A DNA stretch of 64,000 nt from Eledone cirrhosa (taxonomy: Eukaryota). The notes under the pieces were generated by a model, which was not told the origin of the DNA, did not search any database, and was given only the letters and a program-made list of their open reading frames with translations. The position numbers were made by a program, and so were the translations under genes. This document shows positions 1 through 10,585 of this stretch, piece by piece; the stretch's first letter is position 1; each line of letters starts with the position of its first letter. The stretch covers positions 11,408,001 through 11,472,000 of the forward strand of contig OZ024749.1 of NCBI GenBank assembly GCA_964016885.1, given 5' to 3'.

Positions 1-870
1 CCAAGTGCTAACAAAAATACACATACTTTTAATCGAAGTTGAAGCTTCTAATAAATACGATTCCATAAATATGGTAGAGTCCATTCATTCGAAGATGCGG
101 CTTCGAATAAATTAATGAACTCTTCCATATTATTGAATGCACTCGTTTTACCATGTGCCAAACACTTGTTTTAAACTTCAGTCTTTCTACTATCTTTTGT
201 TTGCACGTGTTGGATAACTTTAAGTAAGTGATGTTTTTATTGTTATTTAGAAAGCCTCTTTCGCGTTATGTACATAATATAGCAAATATAGTTTAATTAA
301 CACAACTAATGTTATAAATATCAACAATAATTTGGAGCCCTGCTTTATTTCTGCCAAGGTATCTCTCTTAAACTGGTAATCACCACTTTGAACGACACCT
401 GTTTCCTGACTAATAACTCTTCTAAAACCTATGGGGTAAATTACTACTAGTTTGTTGTCTTCACAGTTGTTCGACTTTATCCATCGTCACTGTTGTATCG
501 CTGACTATATTTTAGTTTATAATTCTTTATATGAGTTTAAATTTGAGGTTGTTTTTTTTTTTTGGTAACGTAAAATTATTCAATGTTTGTGGTGAAGTAA
601 ATAGGAGAAAATGTCATTTCTCTCGACGACAATTCAAAATAAAGTTTTCATAAAAAGAAGCGCGAAAATGAATTAAATCCCGTTATTTGGTGGAGGTGAA
701 GTGTGTAATGTGGCGGAAAGATATTTTTCTTGGTTTATATTTTAACCTCTTCAAACAATTTTAAAATGTCAAACTATGAAATATATTTTTTATTCGTTGC
801 TACCTAAGACTTATTTTACGGTTATTCCTAATTGTAACTGTAGTTGAAAGGGTCTGCCTTACCACACTGA

Positions 871-1098
871 CAGGGCCGGATTTAGATTTGATGAGGCCCG
901 AAGCTATTTGAGATAATGGGGCCCTTTATAGGTTATAAAAACTGCAAAACGTTCAATATTAAAGCAGAAAACGGTTTAAAACTATTGCACTATTTTCGTT
1001 CTTTTTTTCTTACATTTTGGAAATGTACACACCGTTTTTTATCAATTTGTTCGGGGCCCTAAGCTATAGCTTGTTTAGCTTACGTAAAACCCACTCTG
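871..1098. mobile_element. hAT-type MITE inserted in a SINE fragment
   Basis: Termini CAGGGCCGGATTTA ... TAAAACCCACTCTG form imperfect TIRs. Exact 8-bp TSD CACACTGA at 863-870 and 1099-1106; 8-bp TSDs are typical of hAT. Confidence 0.75.
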
Positions 1099-1434
1099 CA
1101 CACTGAATCTCCCTGAGAATTGCGTTACGGGTACACGTGTCTATAAAATGGTCAGCCACTTGTACACTAATATTACAAGCAGTCTGTTCTAAAACAATCA
1201 GCGACGGAGGTCCAACACACGCTCGCACATACATAATGTGGTTGTCAGAGATTGACCCAATACAACAAACTTAGAGTTTAATAAAACAGATTTTAACATT
1301 TATTTCAGTGTTTCACTGACTGAAAATAGCTGAATCATTTTTTTTTGTTAACTAGTGACAACGTTGGCAACCTCTAAATAATATATTTAGCAACAAACTT
1401 TACAGACAATGAATGATTTCATAAACTGATTCTA

Positions 1435-1980
1435 CAGGGTAAGCCGAAAGTCTTGTCACCTCCCTACCAAAAAGTAACGAGAAACAGTTTATGTTCCTAT
1501 CGCAGTATGGTCCTCTTCGGAAGAGCTGGGTTGCCGAATCTTGCAGTGAAGTCATCTCGCACATCCTTCATGCTCTTGCCAAAATGCACACACCATCAGG
1601 TGTCCATACTATACAGCTTCTCTTCCAAACTGTAGGAGCTCTGAAATAGAAAATTATTTTATTATTATTTCAAATCCCGCCGAGTTTATCTTTGCCTTTC
1701 ATCCTTACAGGGTCGATAAAATAAAGTACCAGTAATACACTGTGATAATTGCTGGCCTTGTGCTAAAAGTAGAAACCATTATTACTATTATAATTAATGA
1801 TATATATTATATTATTAAAACAAAAACAATGAAAGTTAAAACAATATGTAGGGGTGACAAAAATACGTTATGAAGATGAGAGTTGCAATTAATTAGATAT
1901 AAATGGAGGTTTCTTTTATTACGAGAGTATTTAAAGGCTAAATTAAATAATTTCATTTATTTTAACTCCATAATTAAATA
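1435..1980 (-). mobile_element. Internally deleted Tc1/mariner-superfamily element (inverted copy of 2780-3779), with a SINE fragment at ~1665-1780
   Basis: 1435-1640 is the reverse complement of the transposase 5' part (3200-3380) joined to the TIR at 3740-3779. 1815-1980 is the reverse complement of 2780-2955. TA flanks the TIR. Confidence 0.7.
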
Positions 1981-1993
1981 AGTATATATATAT

Positions 1994-2109
1994 ATATTGG
2001 TAAAAGGAAAAGAAAATGCTGACAAATTGTTCCCAGTGAAAAATAGTTTATGTAAACTATTTTTAACTGGGATCAATTTGTCAACATTTTCTTTTCCTTT
2101 TACCAATAT
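1994..2109. repeat. Near-perfect palindrome (~55-bp arms) between TA microsatellites
   Basis: ATATTGGTAAAAGGAAAAGAAAATG...TAGTTTA pairs with TAAACTA...CATTTTCTTTTCCTTTTACCAATAT. Confidence 0.85.
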
Positions 2110-2127
2110 GTTACACCTCTATTCTTT

Positions 2128-2175
<48 letters not shown>

Positions 2176-2779
2176 CAGAAGAGATATTCAATTTGTTGGT
2201 AATTCAACAAATATAAATGTTTATAACTGATTCAGAGCACTGATTATATATATATATATATATATATAATCATTTGATTTCTAGTAATTCCCTATAGAAT
2301 ATTTTCACCAACTGCTTTTAACTATTTTAAGATATTTTCCTTGAAGGCAACGTTTTCCATGGACCACTGTGTAGTTATCGAAGCTTTGTACTTTAATAAT
2401 GTAAATTATGAATTCGCTACTAATGTATTCACAATTTTAAAATATAAGATAGTCTTCATTAGCTACCGTATATAGTGTGACACCTATAAACATTTAAATT
2501 TGTATTTACACCCTTGCTCAGGTATATAACATGAAATACGCTCCTCCTTTTTCTTCCATATCTCGATAACTAAACGGTATGGTCTTTCATGGCACAGCAG
2601 TGAGGAATTTGACAACTAAAGAGCAAAGTTGATATAAGTTTGAACTTAAAATGCAAGGATTCGGAAAAAATACTGCGAGGCGCATAACATTCTCAACACC
2701 GCCCACATGTCCAAATTTCCCGCCATTGTCCATCTTTATCACCTCACAAGGTATTAAAAGTCATTTCAATGTTTAGATC

Positions 2780-3779
2780 TTTAATTACGGAGTTAAAATA
2801 AATGAAATTATTTAATTTAGCCTTTAAATACTCTCGTAATAAAAGAAACCTCCATTTATATCTAATTTATTGTAACTCTCGTCATCTTCATAACTTTCTT
2901 AACGTATTTTTGTCACCCCTACATTTGTTTTAACTTTCATTATTTGTTGTTTTAATTCTGAGTTCAAATCCCGCCGACGTTAACTTTTCCTTTCATCCTT
3001 ACGGGGTCGATAAAATAAAGTACCAGTAATGCACTGGTTAATTGCTGGCTTTGTGCCAAAAGTATAAACAGTTATTTGTTGTTTTTATAATATATAATAA
3101 TAATAATGGTTTCTTATACAGGCACAAGGCCAGAAATTTTGGAAGGGGAGAGTCGATTAAATCGACTCCAGTGCGTGACTGGTAAATTTATTTCAGATGG
3201 CTGGCACGAGCTCTTACAGTTTGGAAGAGAGTCTGCTTGCAAGTGTATGGACACATGGTCGAGTGCATTCTGGCAAGAACATGGAGGATGTGCGACATGA
3301 CTTCATTGCAAGATTCGGCAAACCAGCTTCTCCTCCTCCGAAGAAGATCATACTGCGTTAGGAACATAAACTGTTTCTCACAGGATCAATTAAGGACAAA
3401 CTGTGGAGAAGAAGACTCTTCAACGCGAAGGGACACATGTGCAAAGTTGGAGGCTACGATCACCGAAGAAGTCGCTACGAAAACGGTCTTCCGAGTTAAT
3501 AATTCCCAAAACCACAATGTTAAGACAATTGACAAAGGATCTTGATTTGAAATTGTTTAAGCCAACATTCGTCAACGAACTAAGCGATAACGACATGGCG
3601 CTGCATCATTTTGTGCCACGAAAATGATTGCGTTCATACAGACCTTCTCTATGTGTGACAGCGTCAATGGAAGTGAATAAACTGAATCCAGTACATGTGC
3701 TTTGTTTTACTGTATTACATGTTCTTCTATTGTTCTCATTATTTTTTGGTAGGGGTGACAAGACTTTCGGACCACGCTG
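2780..3779 (+). mobile_element. Degenerate Tc1/mariner (IS630-like, DUF4817-type N-terminus) transposon
   Basis: From 3197 translates MAGTSSYSLEE...FIARFGKP...LR*EHKLFLTGSIKD, then after a frameshift SPKKSLRKRSSELIIPKTTM...DLDLKLFKPTFVNELSDND (HTH region). Right TIR ...GGTGACAAGACTTTCGGACCACGCTG is followed by TA. A SINE at ~2957-3071 has a TSD like TTATTTGTTGTTTTTA. Confidence 0.7.
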
Positions 3780-4044
3780 TACATTTTTGAAGGTGTAGAT
3801 TGTGTTTAAATAACTTAATACATGCGGAAAACCGAATATTTTCTATTTAAAAAATTGTCTTTATTATTGCCTTATTTTATATAATTTGTTTATTTATCGA
3901 ATAGGTTACTTTACTGGGTCCTGTAAAATAGACACGCCGCTTTTTAAGCTTATTTTACCGGTCCCTGGTAAATTCAGTGTTGGGGTTTAAAGGGGTCTTA
4001 ATAATTGGTGAAAATAAACTTATTTTTAACATTACCTGCCTTCA

Positions 4045-4245
4045 TAATAATGGTTTCTGATTTAAGCACAAGGCCAACAATTTTGGGAGAGGGGAAAGTC
4101 AATTAAATTGACTCTAGTGCATTACTGGTATATTATTTTATCGACCCCGAAAGGCAAAGCTAACCTCGGCAGGATTTGAACTCGTACCTTGAAGGGCTGT
4201 AACTATATGAAGCAAAGCATGGTGTCTGACACTCTTACCGGCAAA
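4045..4245 (-). mobile_element. tRNA-derived SINE (family 1) fragment
   Basis: Same GGCACAAGGCC...ACTGGTA...TTTTATCGACCCC...GGATTTGAACTC body as the other copies. Confidence 0.75.
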
Positions 4246-4773
4246 ATAACCTCTTCCTTTATTTATACCATAAACGCTATATAAATTTTTATATTTAAAA
4301 AACAAGAATGAAAGGGACAATTATACACTCAATCACACGTTGAATGCCCCCACCCCGGACATTCCCTCTAGTGCAGCGTTCCTGTGATCGTGAGGCTAAG
4401 ATGCTGGATAACCAAGCATCACTATATACATCTGAAAGGCGAGCTACCGCCAACGGCACAGCTCCTCCAAACACTTCAGACTGGAATATTTTGCTGATAA
4501 TTCCTAGCACAATTGGTTGTCAGATCTTCTGCAAGATAAAAGGATCCTCTGTATTCCACATTGCAATTCATTCATCATCCAATCCTGTCCATTATATTGA
4601 ATGGAAATTTGTTCTAGTTTGCTGCTTACCATAAATACAACTTGTTCTCTTACTACTCTAACTTTACCATCTCTACTCTCACATAAGATCTTTCAATTTA
4701 AAAAGCAGTAATGTCAGAAAATTATAATTCTTTTTCTTGATTTTTAATATTTCAGATCTTCCTTTAACTAAAT

Positions 4774-5812
4774 ATGGTTTTGATTGAAGATCATTGCTAT
4801 CATTGTGGTAAAGATAATGATTCTCTTTACCAATGTTCTCTGTGTAAAATTGTTTCGTATTGTTCCAAAGTCTGTGAAAGAAAGCACAAAAAGGAACACA
4901 GCAAAGTGTGTTTTACTGCTGAAACTCCTCGAAAGGATAAAATAGATTCACCATCAGATAAATATACAAAGCCAAAAGTAGCATGTTCCAATGATTATGA
5001 TGAGCTGGGTGAAGAACATATAGACTTTTGTCAAGGATGTTATAAAACTAATGTTCCTTTGCAGAGATGTTCTAGGTGCAAAATAACATACTACTGCTCC
5101 AGGTGGTGCCAGAAAGTTGATTGGCCAGCACATCGGATGGAGTGTGAATTTTTAAGCAAGTGTGAGGAAGAGATGTGCTTTGTTTGTAATGGAGGGAGCA
5201 ACAGAAAGGAGAAATGTGTGAATGTAGAGGAGGAGGAGAAGAGTAAAACAGAAGACAAAGTAAAGAGTAAGAAGACCAAAAAAAGAAATAAAAAAAAGAA
5301 GCATAACAATGATAAATGTGACAGTATGAAAACAGATAAAGCTAGTTGTAAGATAGACACTGTGAATGAGAAGAGCAAGGAAGATAGTGGGGCTGCTGGG
5401 GCTAAAAAGGACAATAATGAGAATATGAACTGCAATGGAAAAGATGGTAACATGGACAGTAAGAAGATGAATAGTAAAAACAAGACAAACCCAATGAAGA
5501 GCAAAACTGATGTTAAGGAAGCTGGGAAGAAAACTGATGTTAAGAATGCTGGGAAGAAAACTGATGTTAAGGAAACGGGCAAAAAAACTGATTTTAAGGA
5601 AGCTGGGAAGAAAACTGATGTTAAGAATGCTGGGAAGAAAACTGATGTTAAGGATGCTGGGAAAAAAACTGATGTTAAGGAAGCTGGGAAGAAAACTGAT
5701 GTTAAGGATGCTGGGAAGAAAACTGATAAGGATGCTGATAAGGAAACTGGGGAAAAAACTGATAAGGATGCTGGGAAGAAAACTGATGCAGGACCAAGTG
5801 TAGAAAGTAAGG
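4774..5812 (+). CDS. Gene A exon 1: two MYND zinc fingers, Lys-rich linker and KTDVKxAGK repeats
   Basis: Two CxxC...CxxC-x5-C-x3-C-x7-H-x3-C motifs. Upstream acceptor TTTCAG at 4750-4755. Donor AAGG|GTGAG after 5812 (phase 1) is conserved in gene B. Confidence 0.9.
5503..5790 (+). repeat. Coding 27-bp tandem repeat (KTDVKxAGK), 8 full units plus degenerate units
   Basis: AAAACTGATGTTAAGGAAGCTGGGAAG-type units. Confidence 0.95.
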
Positions 5813-6199
5813 GTGAGCATCTTTTTCAAACCTTTTGAATATTTTGATATTTTTTGAAAAGCAAGGAAAGATTGGCCCAATTGTGAAATGTTTTTTGATT
5901 AAAGAAAGCACTTTAAAAAAATTTTTTTTTAAATTATGACTGAGTTATGCAGAAATATGACCTGGTGTTTAGGGTGTTGGACTCAGATTTGTGGGTTCTA
6001 TTCCTGGGCTGTGTCATGTTCCTTGGGAGCGGGATGTTTCGATTTGTGTACTTTTTCATATGACTGGGAGCCCCTATGATTAAAATCCTCAAGTCATCTG
6101 AGATGCAACCTTGTAGGAGGCCAGCTAAATTTCCATAGGTGTCAGCTGAAAATTTTATTTGTAGCTTTTTTTGTTCTTTGTACACAGATTTGTGTTTAA

Positions 6200-6515
6200 C
6201 CCTTTAGCATTTACATTACTCTATATTTACTATTGTATTTTCACAGTAAATGCTTTCTTGCATAACATTTACATTACTATATTTACTGTTGTATTTTCAC
6301 AGTAAATGCTTTCTTGCATAACATTTACATTACTATATTTACTGTTGTATTTTCACAGTAAATGCTTTCTTGCATAACATTTACATTACTATATTTACTG
6401 TTGTATTTTCACAGTAAAGGCTTTATCTCACATATCTAATCTACAAGAATTTGATATTTATTTTGAGAACAATACCTTAGTGTAGGTATGAGTGGCCAGT
6501 TTAAATGCTAAAGGA
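6200..6515. mobile_element. piggyBac-type TTAA MITE with an internal ~56-bp tandem repeat (~4 units)
   Basis: TTAA|CCCTTTAGCA ... TGCTAAAGGA|TTAA. ACATTTACATTACTATATTTACTGTTGTATTTTCACAGTAAATGCTTTCTTGCATA repeats across ~6208-6420. Confidence 0.8.
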
Positions 6516-6684
6516 TTAACTTGAACAAATTCTGACTACTAGAATTGACATAAAAAATGTTGGAACACTGAATATAGAAATATTAAGCAGTTGCTAGTAG
6601 CAACGGATAAAGGAAACTTAGTATATCCTGAAACTGGAAGAATTATTGTTGTAATCAGTTCTATAGCAGTTGAGAATTATTAAT

Positions 6685-6858
6685 TGTTTCTACTTTTAGC
6701 ACAAGGCCAGCTATTACCCCAGTGTATTACTGGTACTTTATTTTATCGACCCCGTAAGGATGAAAGGCAAAGTTAACCTCGACAGGATTTGAACTTGGAC
6801 GTAACTATGCCAGAAAGCATGGCGTCCAACCCTCTACCGATACTGCCAATTCACTGCC
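6685..6858 (-). mobile_element. tRNA-derived SINE (family 1) with 18-bp TSD
   Basis: TSD CAGTTGAGAATTATTAAT at 6667-6684 and 6859-6876. A box TGGCAGTATCGG and B box AAGTTCAAATCC on the minus strand. Confidence 0.9.
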
Positions 6859-7118
6859 CAGTTGAGAATTATTAATGACTACCAGGCTGGCATTCTTCAT
6901 CATTTGAGATTCCTACAAGAAGGGAGGTTTGATCTAGGGTGCTAGGAACCTTGTTTCAGCCAAATGTTATAAAAACTGTTAAAACCAGTTAACTTGTTTA
7001 AAAGTGCAAAAGTTTTTTTAAATCTATAAATGAAATATTTTTGTACTTTTTCTTATTTATGAGTTGAATTTTTTTTTCAAATTCCTATTTATATTTTATT
7101 TCCATATATTGGATGAAG

Positions 7119-7286
7119 CTGGAAAATGTGGAAGCTGTGGAAATTATAAAGAAAAGCTTATGATATGTGGCCGATGCAAAAATGCAAAGTATTGCTCAAG
7201 AGATTGTCAAAAAGCTGCATGGCCTCTTCATAAGACATCATGTAAATCTCCTAGCAAATTAAATCCCACAATTTTAAGTAAACAAG
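7119..7286 (+). CDS. Gene A exon 2: third MYND finger (symmetric phase 1-1)
   Basis: [39 protein letters not shown]. Donor CAAG|GTAAG after 7286. The acceptor used by gene B reads AT here (7108-7109), so the start is placed at the in-frame AAG|CT; the exact 5' boundary is uncertain. Confidence 0.7.
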
Positions 7287-8149
7287 GTAAGTTTAGAAAA
7301 ATTGGAATAAGAATATATATTCACATTTGATTATCATGTGCTAGTCTCTAAATGTACAGTCATTAGACTGTCCATACTGGAGCATCATCTTGAAGTGATT
7401 TTATTAATCTTTTTTGTACAAAGTTATGGGATGTAAACACTCACTTTTTCCAGCTGAGTGGATTGCAGCATTGTGTAATAGCTCAAGGACATAATGCCTC
7501 ACCAGGAATCACTCATGCCTAAACAATCATGAGCTGAACACCCTAACCGCTAAGCCATGTACATTCACATGCATATGTAAAACAGTAAATGTAGACACGT
7601 GGGATAATTTAATGTCTGTTTTCCCTTCTAGCATGGGTTGATGTATGTGTATGAAGGACTTTTACAGTCTCCATTTACCAAATTTCACTCCCAAATCGGC
7701 AATAAGCTATAGAAGATACTTGCTCAAGGTGCCACACAGTGGGACTGCATGTGAAGCCATGTTGTAAACTCCTACATAGCTATGCCTGCAGTTATTAGTG
7801 AGCCATGAATATATATCTGGAGCTCTGGTCTGTTTGAGAGGTCAATAGCCCTGCTTTATTACTGACTATGAAGCCTCCTCCGACCCTACCTAGCTGGGAA
7901 AGCAAACGTTAAATGATAAATACTAGTATCTTCTACTGGGTGCAGGCATGGCTGTGTGATTCTCTTTTCACTTGATTTTAGGTTCATTACCTATGCTTGG
8001 AACCTTGGGCAAGTATCTCAGGGTTTTAGGTTCATTCCCTTTGAATGAACCTTGAACAGGTCTCTCATGTAACCTTGTATTGATTTTCATCTTGTTCAAC
8101 AGAAACTATGAAAGCCCTTTGTGTATATTAGTCTGTCTGTTTGTCTTTG

Positions 8150-8420
8150 TGGATGTAATGGCCAAATTATGAATTTTGCTTCACAATCAGTAGGTTCTGG
8201 GTTCAATCCCACAGTGGTATCTAGGGCCAGTGTCTGTTAACTTAGCTTCGGGTCAACCCATGTCTTGTGAATAAAATTGGGTATACAGGAACTGTTTGGA
8301 AGCCTGTTGGATGGACTGTACCTGTAATTTAAAGGGCCAGCCTTGCCTTGTTGAATCTCCCTAAGAACTATGTTAAGGGTACATGTCTGTGGAATGCTCA
8401 GCCACTTACAGTTCCAGTGA
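8150..8420 (+). mobile_element. Degenerate tRNA-derived SINE (family 2)
   Basis: B box GGTTCAATCCC and the 3' body GAATCTCCCTAAGAACTATGTTAAGGGTACATGTCTGTGG, shared with 1105-1180 and (reversed) 53320-53345. Confidence 0.6.
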
Positions 8421-8951
8421 TGATACAACTGTAACACTCGCCATCAAAACCAGAAGTTCATTTCAATACAAATCTCAAAACATTTGAATGATTTTTTTTT
8501 TACCCTTAACAGCCTTAAATCTACAATACAAAAATTTTGTTTTAAAACCTGTGTTTATCTAAAAATCTATCTTATTTTTATATAAGAACCTTAATGCCAG
8601 TTAACTAAATCCCCCTAAATTCTTTAGTTTTTGCCAAATTCAAAGACTCTGTCCTGGTGCCATAAAATGCACCCAGTATACTCTGTAAAATTACTGATCA
8701 ATGTAAAGTCATTGGGAACCTTTTAGTGCTGGTACAATGAGTGGACTCTATAAAGTGGCTGGTGTTAAGGACATCCAAGCATGGAATCCATGCCAAAAAC
8801 CTGAGCTAGGCATGGGCATCAACCTTGTCTATTCTGAAACCAAGACAACTCACTCAACACTTTTATATGAACTGGACAATATGATTGTAAACCAAGACAA
8901 GACAACTCCCTCAGCACATGATTGTTTTCTGTTTCTAAACTCTTATTTCAG

Positions 8952-9130
8952 ATCGACTCCAGAAATGTTTGCTCAAAGCTGAAAGAATGTTTCCATTACA
9001 TAATATAATTACTTCATTTGAAGAAGTTGGAGCTGAATATCAATACATAAATTGGATGGATGATACAGTTCTTGTTGCTTACATTTTAAGACCAGCATTC
9101 CATTGCTTTAGGCAGAGTTTCTTCATCCAA
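8952..9130 (+). CDS. Gene A exon 3: first half of uncharacterised C-terminal domain
   Basis: TTTCAG|AT acceptor (phase 1) and CAA|GTAAGT donor (phase 0). Open frame DRLQKCLLKAERMFPLHN...FRQSFFIQ. Homologous exon at 42208. Confidence 0.85.
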
Positions 9131-9459
9131 GTAAGTATACAATTTTGGGCTTTTTTTTTATATCTAATATTGTGATGGTGTCATGATAAAATACACCCAG
9201 TACACTCTGTAAAGTGGTAGTGTTGATGTCACAATAAAATACATGCAGTAGACTCGTGTTTACAGCTGTGGTAGGTCTGTAATTTAGCAAACTTTATATG
9301 AATGCAATTAGCAGTGATTAAAACGGGATAGAATGCTTTGTACTATGTGTTCTGAGGTCCAATTTGCTTTCCATTCTTTCAAGGTTGGTAAAATACCAGT
9401 TTAGTACTGGGGTTGACTTTTTCACACTCTTTAGCTTACTAGCTGAGATATATATATAT

Positions 9460-9610
9460 AGGTGTTAGGAAGGGCATCCAGCTGTAGAAATCAAGCCAGA
9501 TTCAGTTCCCATATGAGCAATACAAGGTCAGCTGACCAGCCACTGCCCACAACAGGACAACCCATCTAATCCATGCTAGCGTGGAAGAACGGACGTAAAA
9601 CTGATGATAT
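9460..9610 (+). mobile_element. Short non-autonomous retroelement sharing the RTE-LINE 3' end
   Basis: GGTGTTAGGAAGGGCATCCAGC...CCATGCTAGCGTGGAAGAACGGACGTAAAACTGATGAT, as at the LINE 3' end at 50940-51078. Confidence 0.7.
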
Positions 9611-9621
9611 ATATATATACA

Positions 9622-9793
9622 CAGGTAAAATGCTGTTATAACGAATATTATAACAAATTTTTCAGTATAATTAAATTTTTTTCAATCCCTGGCCACAAGC
9701 TCAATTGTTAGGTCGATCTCGTTATAAAGAATTTTTCATTACAACAAATTTTTTTTAGACTCCCATGAATTTTGTTATAATGGAATTTTACTG
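9622..9793. mobile_element. Tc1/pogo-like MITE
   Basis: TIRs CAGGTAAAATGCTGTTATAAC ... GTTATAATGGAATTTTACTG. A related copy starts at ~33212. Confidence 0.6.
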
Positions 9794-10213
9794 CGTTAGC
9801 TGTGTTCAAACCTGGAGGAAGGCTAGTCTCTCTCTCTCAAGTTTAAGTCCAAGATAGGTATATCACTATGGCAGCCCTATGACTGAGGCATTACAAGGCT
9901 CAGAAATACAATCAGCATTGCATATTTTGCAGTACAGTAAAAAAAATAAAAAAATTTACAAGTTTCTTTCATAAAGATAAATTCTATGAGCAGTCTTAGA
10001 ATGTATCTTGATGGTAAAAATAAGTAAATTCTAATGGTTTTTATTTCAATCAATAAAATTTGTACTGGACTGAAATATGTTGTTTTAAAGCTCGTGTTTA
10101 AAAACTTAAATCAATTTTTGAAGAACTTGATAAAATATTGTTATTGGAAGTTAGCTGCTTTATGTGTTTACATGAATATTTTAATAATATAATTCTTTTC
10201 TTCTTCATTTAAG

Positions 10214-10399
10214 GATACTGATGGTAGCGAGATATTTCTCATATTTTATCATGAGGAATCTGATCCGTATCCATACTTTTCCTGGGATGACCTCAAAGTT
10301 GGGAACTTTATTTGTATCATAGAACCAGAACTTCACTATTTCATGGATGGACAAATTGGCTTCAGAATTAATTCCACTAAGGAAGTTCGAATTTTGTAA
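10214..10399 (+). CDS. Gene A terminal exon
   Basis: Polypyrimidine tract then AAG| acceptor. DTDGSEIFLIFYHEESDPYPYFSWDDLKVGNFICIIEPELHYFMDGQIGFRINSTKEVRIL*. AATAAA at ~10413. Paralogous exon at 52333. Confidence 0.85.
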   Translation, partial: DTDGSEIFLIFYHEESDPYPYFSWDDLKVGNFICIIEPELHYFMDGQIGFRINSTKEVRIL

Positions 10400-10585
10400 A
10401 ATTTGGGGGTGAAATAAAAGTAATCATTTAATTTGTTTAACTAGACATTTTTTTTTTTTTTTTTTTTTTTTCTATTATTTTACTTGTTTCAATCATTAGT
10501 CTGTGGCCAAGCTGGGGCACCATACTCTTTTACTGGTTTCAGTCATTAGTCTGGCGCATCATTTCAACTTATTCAGTCATATTAA

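Noticed and set aside
5091-5911. Long antisense and alternative-frame ORFs over exon 1 (also 34214-35152 and 34767-35108)
   Set aside because: These are shadows of the low-complexity 27-bp repeat and Lys-rich codons, with no independent evidence.
4774-10399. Assigning a gene symbol (SMYD, ZMYND, DEAF1, EGLN1 etc.)
   Set aside because: No SET, SAND, prolyl-hydroxylase or USP domain is visible, and MYND alone is not diagnostic.
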